64,000 nt of DNA from Promethearchaeota archaeon (GTDB taxonomy: Archaea; Asgardarchaeota; Lokiarchaeia; Sigyniarchaeales; SOKP01), in the NCBI GenBank assembly GCA_019058245.1, contig JAHPZJ010000013.1, positions 105,166-169,165 of the forward strand. Reading direction: 5' to 3'. Positions 50,936-61,331 of the stretch are shown here, piece by piece. How positions within the stretch are numbered: position 1 is the first letter of the stretch; the number at the start of each line of letters is the position of its first letter. The notes under the pieces are model-generated. The model had not been told where the DNA came from and ran no database searches. It saw nothing but the letters and a program-made list of their open reading frames with translations. Made by a program: the position numbers and the translations under genes.

Positions 50936-51252
50936 ATTTCTTTTTTTTTTTTTAATTTTCTTCTTTAGATTTCTAAAAACGAGTTTTCAACTTTTTTAGG
51001 TTTAGATTAACAGAATAGAATAAAAACAGAAAGCACATTAATTTTTAAGTATGAAATGCAAGAGGGACAAAAACAAATTTTGAAATGAGTGATGTAATGT
51101 GAAATATTGGATTTAAATAGAATGATTTAAGAAATACAATCTTATAAATTATAGCCAAGAACTTTTAAAATTAAAAATTATTAATTGATTTAATATAATC
51201 CTTTGATCTTATGACTCCAAATAAACAATACTTTATAATCTAATAATTTTTT

Positions 51253-52302
51253 ATGAACAGAGATAAAATATCTTATTTAAAATTCATTGGTATCATTCTT
51301 CTATTGAGTATTCCCTTGATAGCACTTACTGCTCTTTATTTTAGCAGTACAACAATTACTCCAAATGATGAGTTTTTTGTTATATCTAAAGGTGAAACCC
51401 CCCAAATTAATGAGAATTCATGGGGTTTAACAATCCACGGGCAAGTTAATAACACTTTAACTTTTAATTATTCAAATTTTACTTCTCAACATTCAGAGGA
51501 AGTAATTGGAACATTACAATGTGTTGAAGGGCCTTCAGGTACCGCAATTTGGAAGGGGGTTCCACTCAAAGATTTACTCGATATAGCTCAAATAAAAGAG
51601 GGTGCTTTAGACGTAGTTTTTTACGCTGCAGATGATTATACTTCCTCTTTAACAGTCGAAGAAGCAACTGAAGGAAATGTTCTTTTAGCATATGAGATGA
51701 ATGGTGAACCTCTTCCCCCTGAACAAGGATTCCCTGTAAGAGTTGTCGCACCTAACCAATTAGGATATAAATGGGTAAAATGGGTAGTTAGAATAGAGAT
51801 TGTTAATTATGATTATAAGGGTTATTGGGAAAGTCGTGGATGGAGTGATGATGCCACTCGTATGGTTTTCTCTAATTGGTTCTTACATGCCTTTTTATTA
51901 GCAATTGCTTTTCTTTTTGGAGGGATTGCAATGATTTCAGGATTAAAACGATCACAATTCACTGAAATATTTCATGATTTACCCAAATTTGTCAATAAGA
52001 AATTCCATATTACATTCTCAATTGCATACTTCTTAACATCCCTAAGTGTTTTTATTTATTGGACGATTTCTACGATCCTAAATAGAGGAGCTATCTTTTA
52101 TACTTTCCATGGTATAATTGCATTACTTTCTATTATATTTTTAATCCCAGGTTTTATAACTGGCTTAAAAAAATTAAAAAAAAGAGATCAAAACCAAAAA
52201 ACTTGGCACTATAAATGGAATTTATATTCTTTTATTTTCTTTTTAGTTACAATTCTTTTGGGTTTTTACTTAGCACTTACAGGACAATTTCGTATTTTTT
52301 AA
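51253..52302 (+). CDS. Sulfite-oxidase-family molybdopterin oxidoreductase fused to a membrane domain
   Basis: LQCVEG, LAYEMNGEPLP.EQGFPVR, GYKWVKW, GYWESRG; C-terminal TMs with His residues. Confidence 0.87.
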   Translation: MNRDKISYLKFIGIILLLSIPLIALTALYFSSTTITPNDEFFVISKGETPQINENSWGLTIHGQVNNTLTFNYSNFTSQHSEEVIGTLQCVEGPSGTAIWKGVPLKDLLDIAQIKEGALDVVFYAADDYTSSLTVEEATEGNVLLAYEMNGEPLPPEQGFPVRVVAPNQLGYKWVKWVVRIEIVNYDYKGYWESRGWSDDATRMVFSNWFLHAFLLAIAFLFGGIAMISGLKRSQFTEIFHDLPKFVNKKFHITFSIAYFLTSLSVFIYWTISTILNRGAIFYTFHGIIALLSIIFLIPGFITGLKKLKKRDQNQKTWHYKWNLYSFIFFLVTILLGFYLALTGQFRIF

Positions 52303-52485
52303 TAATTTTTAAATGAATTCAATAAAAATTTCCAAACTGATTCTAATCTCAGTTCTTAAACCCTCCTATAGACAATTTTTTAATTAATAAACATATCTCT
52401 AAATGATAAAAATATTGTGAATTGAGACTTTTCTAGATTTTAAAAAAAAGTATTAAATATTTTACTTTAAAATTTTAATTATATT

Positions 52486-52655
52486 TGTGTACTAATATTA
52501 TTAATACACACTCAATAAAAATATTATAAAAACTATTTAGATCGCTTTTTCTCACATTCCTATTCGTTTTTTAATTTTTTATACACACTATTGATCCACA
52601 ACACTTAAATATGATTATACACACTTAATGATCAATGAAAAGAAAAAATACACAA
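52486..52655. promoter_or_regulatory. Repeated ATACACA(C) boxes
   Basis: Copies at 52504, 52581, 52617, 52648; inverted TGTGTA at 52486. Confidence 0.45.
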
Positions 52656-52980
52656 TAACAAAAAATAAATAAAAATAGTGGAAAAAAAATGAAAAAAAAA
52701 AGTTTGAGTAAAAGGGAATTAATAATCATTAACAGTATTCGTAATGGATACTTAAGAAAATTCTAAATAATTTATTTTTTTTATTTTTTTATCATGATCA
52801 TTAAACTCATTTAATAAATACAAAGAAAGAAATTTGAATAGAATTGGATTTAAGAAAAAGAACAAAAATTGAAAAAAAAGAAATAAAAAAAAGAAAAATA
52901 ATATAAAAATTAAAAAGAAAATTTGATAAAAATTCCAGATATTGTAATTAGCTATTGTAATTTTATAAGAGGTTAAAAGT

Positions 52981-53688
52981 GTGAAAATTTCTGGTTCAGG
53001 AAAATTATCAGCAGGTAAAATTGATGATGAACTATCTACTTCTGGTTCCCTTAGGATAGCAGGAGATTTTGAATGTAATGCTTTCAGTTCTTCAGGTTCG
53101 ACAAGAATTCAAGGTAATTTGACAGTTCTTGGTGATATTAAAAATTCTGGATCTTTTAGGCTAATGGGCTCTCTCTATGCTGATGGTGATGCTAGGTTTT
53201 CTGGTTCTTCATCAGTAGAAGGGGAGATTTCAGTTAAAAAGGATTTAGTAAATTCTGGCTCTCTCAGAGCGGGAAATAAAATTGAAGTTCATCAAGATAT
53301 TAATTTTTCAGGTTCTTCAAAAGTTCAAGGTGACATTATCTCACACAGAGATATTGTAATTTCAGCCTCATCAACCATTCATGGGAGCATTATTGGGGTT
53401 GATATTTCAATTGGTCGTGAACGTTTAATTAAAAAAAGTATGTATAAACATCCAAATAAGATTTATGGCGATATTTTTGCTAAAAAAGATATTAATCTTA
53501 TCGGCACATTAGTTGAAGGAGACGTAAGAGGGAGAGATGTAAATATTGGACGAGGATCAGAAATTAAAGGGAAAGTTTATTATGTTGATGATATTCAGGT
53601 TCACGAAAAAGCAATCTTACCTTATAATCCAGTTAAGGTTAACATAGAGAATTTAGAAAAAATTAAGAGGAAATTTAAAAATAATTAA
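52981..53688 (+). CDS. Polymer-forming cytoskeletal (bactofilin-like beta-helix) protein
   Basis: Repeating SGS.x.x.G.I pattern; VEGDVRG..VNIG.GSEIKG.V.Y. Confidence 0.8.
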   Translation: MKISGSGKLSAGKIDDELSTSGSLRIAGDFECNAFSSSGSTRIQGNLTVLGDIKNSGSFRLMGSLYADGDARFSGSSSVEGEISVKKDLVNSGSLRAGNKIEVHQDINFSGSSKVQGDIISHRDIVISASSTIHGSIIGVDISIGRERLIKKSMYKHPNKIYGDIFAKKDINLIGTLVEGDVRGRDVNIGRGSEIKGKVYYVDDIQVHEKAILPYNPVKVNIENLEKIKRKFKNN

Positions 53689-53715
53689 TAAAAAAGAAAA
53701 TGAGGTATAATTCAA

Positions 53716-54651
53716 ATGTCAAATGAAGAGGAAAAGAATGATGGAATTAAAAAAGAAAAAAAAAATGAGGATCTTGGTAAAGTAAGATTGGAATTGAATA
53801 CAATTCGAGATGATCTCATATATGAATTAGATGATCTTCATGATGATTTAAAAGATGTAATTGAAGATTTAAAAGATGAAACTGCTGATATAAAGGATGA
53901 TTTAAAAGATGAACTGGAAGACATTATAGATGAGCGCGAGGCATTACTTAATGATGTAGGAGATATAAAAGAAGAATTAGAACACTATGGAGAAGATGCT
54001 AAAGAACATATTGAACATGCTAAGGAAAAACTTAAAGCACTAAAAGAAAAAATTGAGAAACATGAGGCAAAATTTAATGAAAAAGTTCAAAAAAAGATTG
54101 AAAAAGCGAAAAGAAAAGTATCTCGAATAAATATATCTGTAGACCCTGATATGAGTGAGGAATGGAGAAATTGGGCTGATGGATTAGGTGCTTCAGTTTC
54201 AGAATTAGTTCGAAAATCTATGAAGTTTGTAAAAAACAACATTGGAGATCTGAAAAAATTAGATCAATTAGGAGCTAAAATGGAGAAAATGGGAGAGGGT
54301 ATCGAACAAGCAGTAAAAGATGCTGGTATTGAAGAATTAGGAGAAAAGCTGGAGAGAGAATTTGGAGGTAGGAAAGGAAAAGGTAAATCAAAAGTCCAAA
54401 TAGCAGTTAAGCAAGATATCACCAAAGAAAGAATAAAAAAGAGAGTATATGGTTTAATCAAGCTCCATAATAGTTTACCTATTGAGAAACTTGCCCAAGC
54501 ATTGGGTAAATCAAATGAAGCTGCTGAAAATTTAATATATGAGATGGTTGCAGAAGGAATCGAGGGTAAACTTGAAGAGAGTGTGTTTAAATTCACAAGT
54601 ACTTCCGAAGAAGTAATATCAATAATTGATGAATTAATTGATAAAATGTAA
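53716..54651 (+). CDS. Coiled-coil protein with ribbon-helix-helix and C-terminal winged-helix-like domain
   Basis: 11-mer acidic amphipathic repeats; RINISV...W...A...SVSELVRKSM. Confidence 0.7.
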   Translation: MSNEEEKNDGIKKEKKNEDLGKVRLELNTIRDDLIYELDDLHDDLKDVIEDLKDETADIKDDLKDELEDIIDEREALLNDVGDIKEELEHYGEDAKEHIEHAKEKLKALKEKIEKHEAKFNEKVQKKIEKAKRKVSRINISVDPDMSEEWRNWADGLGASVSELVRKSMKFVKNNIGDLKKLDQLGAKMEKMGEGIEQAVKDAGIEELGEKLEREFGGRKGKGKSKVQIAVKQDITKERIKKRVYGLIKLHNSLPIEKLAQALGKSNEAAENLIYEMVAEGIEGKLEESVFKFTSTSEEVISIIDELIDKM

Positions 54652-54711
54652 TAAAAAAGAGTTAGTACCTATTTTAAAAAAATAAAATAAAAGGAAATTA
54701 GGGGATTTAGT

Positions 54712-55992
54712 TTAGAAGAAACAGCAAATAAGAATACTTTTAAAAGTTATATATTTTTTTGGGTAGGGCAGTTATTTTCAATATTAGGCTCATCTATTAC
54801 GCAGTTCACAATAGTTTGGTGGTTAACAATTGTTTATGAAAGTCCAACTATTCTTTCGTTAGCCAGTTTTGCTTATCTTTTACCATTAACTATTGTATTT
54901 CTTATTGCTGGTGTAGTTACAGATAGATGGAACCGAAAAAAGATTATAATTATTGCAGATTCTCTTCAAGCTTTTGTCACACTAATAATAATTATTTTAT
55001 TTAATTTAGAGATAGCAAATCCAATTTTGATAATAATAATGAACGTATTTTTAGGGACATTCCAAGGCTTTCATATACCTACTGTAAGTGCTATTGTTCC
55101 CACGATGATTCCGAAGGATAAATTAAGTAGAATGAATGGTTTTAATTTTCTTTTAACAAGTTTTCTTCAAATTCTAGCACCAATTATATCTGCAATGCTT
55201 CTAGCTTTATTTCCAATAAAGATCATACTGTGGATAGATCCAATAACATTCCTAATTGCTTTAACACCATTATTTTTTATTATAATCCCATTAATTAAGC
55301 CAGAAATGATATCGAAAAAGAAAAATTCATTTATTAACGATCTTAAAATTGGTTTTAAGACTTTAAGATTAATTCCTGTTGTCTTTATGATGCTCTTGAT
55401 AGCAATGTTTGTAAATTTTTTAATGAGACCATTTAGTCTTCTTTCACCTTATTTTATATATTTCAATCATTCTGGTACTGCTACAGATTTAGCATTTGTT
55501 ACAGCATTTTTATATGGTGGAATGATATTAGGTGCATTAATTTCTTCAATCAAAAAAAGTTGGAAACATAGTGTTTCAATTTATTTCATGGGAGAATTAA
55601 TCATAATGTTAACTATTGGAATTTTTGCAGTTTCCCCTCATGGTGCTTTTGTATTTATGGCTATAGTTGTTTTTTTTATTGGTTTAGTAATTCCAATCAA
55701 TAACACAATTTATTTAACTATCATGCAACTAAAAGTACCTGCTGATAAGATGGGGAGAATATCTTCTATTGATTATGCTTTATCGATGGCAATATCACCA
55801 ATTGCAACAGTTCTTGCCGGACCTTTAGGAGATTTATGGGGGGTACCAAATCTAATTCTTTATTGCTCAATAATAGGAATTATAATAGTATTAATATTAT
55901 GGTGGATAACTAACTTGCGAATTAACAATAATAGTAATAATGAATTTGAAATCAAGGAAATTAAAGTTAATTCAACTCAGATTGAATTATAA
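54712..55992 (+). CDS. MFS transporter (DHA3/MefA-like); start extended to a non-canonical codon
   Basis: FWVGQLFSILGSSITQF..WW and GVVTDRWNRKK in frame upstream of the track ORF; GGGGA + 6 nt + TTA. Confidence 0.85.
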   Translation, partial: LEETANKNTFKSYIFFWVGQLFSILGSSITQFTIVWWLTIVYESPTILSLASFAYLLPLTIVFLIAGVVTDRWNRKKIIIIADSLQAFVTLIIIILFNLEIANPILIIIMNVFLGTFQGFHIPTVSAIVPTMIPKDKLSRMNGFNFLLTSFLQILAPIISAMLLALFPIKIILWIDPITFLIALTPLFFIIIPLIKPEMISKKKNSFINDLKIGFKTLRLIPVVFMMLLIAMFVNFLMRPFSLLSPYFIYFNHSGTATDLAFVTAFLYGGMILGALISSIKKSWKHSVSIYFMGELIIMLTIGIFAVSPHGAFVFMAIVVFFIGLVIPINNTIYLTIMQLKVPADKMGRISSIDYALSMAISPIATVLAGPLGDLWGVPNLILYCSIIGIIIVLILWWITNLRINNNSNNEFEIKEIKVNSTQIEL

Positions 55993-56033
55993 GGAAAATA
56001 CAGAATGCTTTGATTTTTTTCATCTATATCTTT

Positions 56034-56537
56034 TTAAAATTTATCCTGATTACTAAGCCAATTCAATAAGTCTTTACTTTTTTTTGGAAATATAAAAGTA
56101 ATTATTTCTATTGCAGTTTTTTTAACATCTGAATCTTCATCTGAAAGAAGACAACTTTGTAATACATCAAAAACTTTATCATCTTTTAATTCTAATACCT
56201 TAAAGGCAAGGATACTGATCTTTCTTATTTCACTATTATCATTATTATCTATGAAATAACTTAATAGATCAATTGCTTCTGATTTGGACATCGATTTATT
56301 GGTTACATAGTTATAGATTTTATCAACTGTTAATTCTTCATTCATAAATTCAAGAGCATCTTGATAATGTAAATAAGTTTCTTCTATTGAATTAATATTT
56401 CTATTCTTCTTTCTCAGATCAAAAGGACACAAATGATTTTCAGGCAGTCTATGCTTATTACAAAAAATCATACCACAGAATTTACATCGATAGGGAATAT
56501 CTTCTATCTTGTTTTTACAATGATAACAATTTGTCAA
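56034..56537 (-). CDS. AN1-type zinc finger + HEAT-like repeat protein
   Basis: CYHC...PYRCKFCG..FC.KHRLPENHLC. Confidence 0.85.
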   Translation of the reverse strand: MTNCYHCKNKIEDIPYRCKFCGMIFCNKHRLPENHLCPFDLRKKNRNINSIEETYLHYQDALEFMNEELTVDKIYNYVTNKSMSKSEAIDLLSYFIDNNDNSEIRKISILAFKVLELKDDKVFDVLQSCLLSDEDSDVKKTAIEIITFIFPKKSKDLLNWLSNQDKF

Positions 56538-56740
56538 TTTCCTTAATTTAAAATAATAATAAGCTATCTATAATTTTCATATTAATATAGTAAAATTAAA
56601 TATAAATAATCATAATGATATCAATTTTTATTATTGGAGTTATTATCTTGATATATATTTTAAATACAATTATTCAAATTTTATATTGATCAAGCATCTA
56701 AAATTTATTAAAAATAAACTTATTCTAAGGAGTTAATAAT

Positions 56741-57250
56741 TTGAAAGCTAAAAGAGTGTCAGATTCCAAGATTGAAATTGCTCAATTAATGTATCCTGAA
56801 CATGCAAATCCAGCAGGTAATGTTCATGGTGGATATATTCTTAAAATTGTAGATGAAGCCGCTGCAATAGCAGCTGCTAGACATTCTCATCAAAATATAG
56901 TAACTGCTTCTGTAGATAGAATGGACTTTATTTCTCCTGTATATATAGGCAATTTAATTTTCGCAAAAGCTTCAATTAACTATACTGGAAAGACATCCAT
57001 GGAAATTGGTGTTAGAGTTGAAGCTGAATGTATAAGAACAGGAATTCATACCCATGTTGGTTCTGCTTATTTGACATTTGTAGCTCTTGATGAAAATGAT
57101 AAACCAATAGAAATACCCCAAATATTGCCAGAAACAGAAGAAGAAAAACGTCGATTTATAGAAGCTCAAGAAAGGAGGGAAAAAAGATTAAAACAGATAA
57201 AAAAACATGAGCATATACAACAAGCTTGTATTCCCAGAATGAATAAATAA
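56741..57250 (+). CDS. Acyl-CoA thioesterase (hotdog fold, YciA-like)
   Basis: ANPAGNVHGG, VTASVD, GKTSMEIGV. Confidence 0.92.
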   Translation: MKAKRVSDSKIEIAQLMYPEHANPAGNVHGGYILKIVDEAAAIAAARHSHQNIVTASVDRMDFISPVYIGNLIFAKASINYTGKTSMEIGVRVEAECIRTGIHTHVGSAYLTFVALDENDKPIEIPQILPETEEEKRRFIEAQERREKRLKQIKKHEHIQQACIPRMNK

Positions 57251-57445
57251 GAATTAGAAATTTTCATTTTAACAACTTGAATGATTCTTATTAATTATTC
57301 TATAAAGCATTACAAGGAGAGAGTGGACTAAATGAGCAAATTCTCCATTTTCTTTAGTATGATTATGAGAAGTCTTTTTTTCTTCTACTTAATCATATTC
57401 AAAAATAGTATTTTTTTCATTTTCTCTCGTTATATCCAAGCTTTC

Positions 57446-57628
57446 TTAATCATACCAATCTTGACAATTACAATCATCTAGAGGTAAATGTACAACGGAA
57501 TGAGTATATTTATTTAAATCTCTAAATAATTGCTTAAATTGCTCCCTTGAAGCATTATTAATTACTTTAGATTCAATCTGATTATCATGTTCATGATATT
57601 TTGATATAGCGAGTTTCTTTGTTTTCAT
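57446..57628 (-). CDS. Small His/Cys-containing hypothetical protein, possibly truncated
   Basis: HSVVHLPLDDCNC; follows the radical SAM gene. Confidence 0.45.
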   Translation of the reverse strand: MKTKKLAISKYHEHDNQIESKVINNASREQFKQLFRDLNKYTHSVVHLPLDDCNCQDWYD

Positions 57629-57636
57629 TATCTATT

Positions 57637-58389
57637 TTATATTTGTTCTTCAATATCATTAATATTTGAATATCCAACCACATTATCTCTAATGTATATA
57701 TTAAAAGGAAGTTTTGAATTTTTATAATTTTCAAGAATTTTAAGTAGTGTGATATGCTCTGGGATGTAATAGATTTCTTTATATTTCTCTCCAACATGCT
57801 CTGAATATTGATATTGTTGCAAAACAAAATTTCCTCTAAAATGGACTTTTTTAAGAAAAGTAATAATCTTATGAATATCCTGAGGGTTCATTAAATTTCC
57901 AACATAGGTAGTTCGTATCTCAAAATCAATTTCCTCTCGTTTATTAATAAACCCGATAGTACGTACTATTAATTCTGGATTAATATTACTCTTTGTTATC
58001 TCCTTAAGTCTTTGAGATTTTAAAGGGCTCTTTAAATCTAAAGCAATCCTATTAATATATGGAAAGAGTTTTTGCAATACTTCAGGATTTGTGCCATTTG
58101 TATCAATACTAATATATTTTCCAACTTTTTTTATTTCCTTACATAATTCTAACAAATCTCTTTGAAGTGTGGGTTCTCCTCCACTGATACTTACACCACT
58201 AACTAGTAAATTATTTTTAACATCGACAATTAACTCATCAATTCCTACATCTCGCCCTCCTTGTATGTTTAATAAATGTTTATTGTGACAAAATCCACAG
58301 TTTAAATTACAACCTATGGTAAATATTACCATACTTGATTGATGAGGAATATCTTTTGTTGAAATATCAATTATCCCACCAATTCTCAT
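57637..58389 (-). CDS. Radical SAM activase (NrdG/PflA-like)
   Basis: GCNLNCGFCHN, SGGEPTLQ, DTNG, EIRTT. Confidence 0.9.
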   Translation of the reverse strand: MRIGGIIDISTKDIPHQSSMVIFTIGCNLNCGFCHNKHLLNIQGGRDVGIDELIVDVKNNLLVSGVSISGGEPTLQRDLLELCKEIKKVGKYISIDTNGTNPEVLQKLFPYINRIALDLKSPLKSQRLKEITKSNINPELIVRTIGFINKREEIDFEIRTTYVGNLMNPQDIHKIITFLKKVHFRGNFVLQQYQYSEHVGEKYKEIYYIPEHITLLKILENYKNSKLPFNIYIRDNVVGYSNINDIEEQI

Positions 58390-58396
58390 ATCATCA

Positions 58397-59287
58397 TCAA
58401 TATTCCTTCCTAATTAAATCCTCTACTAAATATAGTGGTAAATTAAATCCTCCTGAATTTTCTAACTTGAGTGACGTTAGAGCAGCAGAGAATTTTAATG
58501 ATTGTTCAACATCTTTTGTAATCCGAGATCCTAAATAACTAATAAAAGCAGTATCTCCCCTTCCTGTTCTTCCAATAGATCTATTATTTTTCCATGGAAA
58601 AAAGTATGAATTAGTAAGTGTGAATACAGAAATTCCTTTTTCATGAGTAATAAGGATTTCTTTAGCGCCTATAGAAATAAGATCTTTAGCTGCAGCTGCA
58701 ATAGATTTTTGACTCGTTAGAATTTCTGCTTCAGTTTGATCAACTTTTAAAACATAGACATTTGATATTATCTGTTTTTTTTCTTTAAGAGATAAGCTGG
58801 AATAAAACACTTTTCTCTCATTTCTAAATCTTATAAATCCTTGTATATCAAGACATAATTTTCTGGGATACTTTTGTTTAATATATTCTAGTAATTCTAG
58901 ATCAATTTCACCGGCTATGATTGGACTTATAACAAAAAATGCAGTATCTATTTGTGGGATTTCTTCTTTTTTGAAGAGACCAGCGAATCCTAATGGTTGA
59001 TAGTCTCTGAATTCCATGTTTTTAGAAGAATAAATATTTTTCAAACCTGACGTTTGTTCTGAAGAATAAGCATAATATGTTATTCCATACTTCTTAAAAA
59101 CATTTAATAATTCAAAATCTGCTTCATTTAATCTTGTTATAATAGTGATTTTAAGACCCATATGACAACCAGCTAACGCACCATAATATACAGCACCACC
59201 TAGAGAAATATAGCTTTTTCTGTCTATTTCAATAATATCCTTTGCTATATGCCCTAAAATTACAATATCAGCAGATTCATCTTTCAT
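58397..59287 (-). CDS. PfkB family carbohydrate kinase
   Basis: GGAVYY, DIQG, RTGRGD. Confidence 0.88.
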   Translation of the reverse strand: MKDESADIVILGHIAKDIIEIDRKSYISLGGAVYYGALAGCHMGLKITIITRLNEADFELLNVFKKYGITYYAYSSEQTSGLKNIYSSKNMEFRDYQPLGFAGLFKKEEIPQIDTAFFVISPIIAGEIDLELLEYIKQKYPRKLCLDIQGFIRFRNERKVFYSSLSLKEKKQIISNVYVLKVDQTEAEILTSQKSIAAAAKDLISIGAKEILITHEKGISVFTLTNSYFFPWKNNRSIGRTGRGDTAFISYLGSRITKDVEQSLKFSAALTSLKLENSGGFNLPLYLVEDLIRKEY

Positions 59288-59780
59288 AGATATAATAATA
59301 AAACAATTAGCAAATTAAGAAATTATTGTTATTGATAGAAAAAAAGTGAAATTGATTTAATTTATGCTTATTAATCTTTCCTTCTCTTTTTTACGATTCT
59401 CAATAAAGATTTCTAGAATATTTTCTATAATATTAGTATAATTCAGGGATGCAATCTTATCAATCGAATTATTTATTCTCGTAAGTTTTTACCTATTTCA
59501 AAATTAATTTTTTTAAACATTTATGCGATGATTTTATCTTTAACTAGAACCTTCTTTAACTCTATATTTATAGACTAAAAGGTAATTTTTAAGGTATTTG
59601 AATTTAACCCACGTTTTTCCCATTTTTTCTTTCAAAATAAAAAAAAAAGGTAGTATAGAAATCTCAAATTTAACTATTACTAATGCTAAATTTCGAATCA
59701 AAAGGTTTTTTAATGGTTTTTAATTTTCCATTACAAAATAGTCTAATAATAATAGAAACATTTTAATTAGGGATAAGATA

Positions 59781-60065
59781 TTGATTTTTAAAGATTTAAT
59801 TGGGTTACTGAAAAAGAAAGGTTTCAAAGATACATTACATGTTCTTATAAACCAGAAGGATTATAAAACTGATAAACACACGTTTTATAATGAATTAAAT
59901 AAATTTAGTTACTACAATTCGTTTTTTCGAATAAAGGAAGAATTAATAAAAAAAGGAATAATTGCCATTGAAAACACAAGTAAAGTAAAAACAATCAAAC
60001 TCACAAAGAAAGGCATAGAAATATACAATAAATTGCACGAAATTAACGAAATGGTAAAAACTTAA
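59781..60065 (+). CDS. Small winged-helix protein
   Basis: LIKKGII...IKLTKKG. Confidence 0.7.
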   Translation: MIFKDLIGLLKKKGFKDTLHVLINQKDYKTDKHTFYNELNKFSYYNSFFRIKEELIKKGIIAIENTSKVKTIKLTKKGIEIYNKLHEINEMVKT

Positions 60066-60082
60066 AACCCTTTTTTTTTTTT

Positions 60083-60760
60083 TTGACCCCTAATTATCAT
60101 AAAAGTGTAATATTTTTGATATTGAAAAGATTAATTGTTGGACCTCTAGGTACTAATTCCTATATCTTTGGTTCAGATAAAATAAAGGAAGCAGTAATTA
60201 TTGACGTTGGAGGAGAACCTGAAAAAATTATTGAAGCAATCGAACAAAAATTAAAGATAAAACCCAATGGTTTGTTATTAACACATGGACATTTTGATCA
60301 TACTTTAAAACTTGGAAAATTACTAAGGCACTTTAATATTCCCTTAATGTTTAATAAAAAAGAATTTGATTCAGGGATATATACCCATAAAAAGGCAGAT
60401 AGATGGCTTTCGGAAGGAGATGTTGTAAACGTTGGAGAAATGATACTAAATGTTCTAGAAACGCCTGGTCATTCTCCTGGGGCATTGTCGTTCTATTCAA
60501 ATGATCCAATTGAATATAATGGTAAAATGATGGATGGTGTTATTTTTACAGGAGATTTAATTTTTAAGCGTAGCATTGGTCGAACTGATATAAGAGGAGG
60601 TGATTCAAAACTTTTATTTCAAAGTATAAGAAATAAAATAATGTATAATCCAGAAATTTCTGATAATTTTTTGATATTACCCGGACATATGGATATTACA
60701 ACTGTTGGTGAAGAAAGAGAATTGAACATGTTCAAGGACTATTTTTTGAAAATAGATTGA
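60083..60760 (+). CDS. MBL-fold metallo-hydrolase (glyoxalase II-like)
   Basis: THGHFDH, TPGHSPG, GD, PGH; true start probably ~60116. Confidence 0.9.
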   Translation: MTPNYHKSVIFLILKRLIVGPLGTNSYIFGSDKIKEAVIIDVGGEPEKIIEAIEQKLKIKPNGLLLTHGHFDHTLKLGKLLRHFNIPLMFNKKEFDSGIYTHKKADRWLSEGDVVNVGEMILNVLETPGHSPGALSFYSNDPIEYNGKMMDGVIFTGDLIFKRSIGRTDIRGGDSKLLFQSIRNKIMYNPEISDNFLILPGHMDITTVGEERELNMFKDYFLKID

Positions 60761-60895
60761 TTATTTTCAATTATTTTTTGATTTCATTTGATTTAAACAA
60801 ATAATATAAATAAATTATTTATTTGGAAGGATATCTAAATTTTTAAAAACATTAAATACATTATAATATTAAAAAAATAGAATATAATTCTCAAG

Positions 60896-61192
60896 GTGTT
60901 ATTATTCTTGATTAATCGTGCTGAAGTGAAAGCAATTATCCGACGTTTCGAAGAAAGAGAGGGAATTCGTGGAGTTATTATTTGCGATTCCAGTGGCTTA
61001 CCAATTGATTCAAATTTAGAGATAGAACTCTCGGAATCAGTAGCTGCCTATGTAACATCACTAATAGGGAAGGGAAAACAAGTTGTTGAAGCATTAAAAG
61101 AAGGGGATCTCAACTTTATAAGGTTAGAAACATCAAAAGGCGAGACTATGGTTGCTCTTGAAGAAAATCTGATTTTGATAATTTTGAAATAA
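60896..61192 (+). CDS. Roadblock/LC7 domain protein
   Basis: GIRGVIICDSSGLPIDS, FIRLET; true start probably TTG at 60908. Confidence 0.85.
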   Translation: MLLFLINRAEVKAIIRRFEEREGIRGVIICDSSGLPIDSNLEIELSESVAAYVTSLIGKGKQVVEALKEGDLNFIRLETSKGETMVALEENLILIILK

Positions 61193-61331
61193 ATTGTTAT
61201 TTTTTCACTTTTCCTTTTTTATATATTTGATAAATTTAAATGCCTTAAACTCTATATTTAATCTATATATTTATTTAAGATATTTTATTTACCAATTTCA
61301 GAATTTAAATCAATTTATTGAGATATTTATT

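Noticed and set aside
50990..51170. Purine-rich stretch resembling a decayed ORF
   Set aside because: Multiple stops and no recognisable family; cannot support a pseudogene call
61194..61331. N-terminal extension of the second Roadblock ORF
   Set aside because: Low-complexity AT-rich intergenic sequence; the domain begins at ATG 61332
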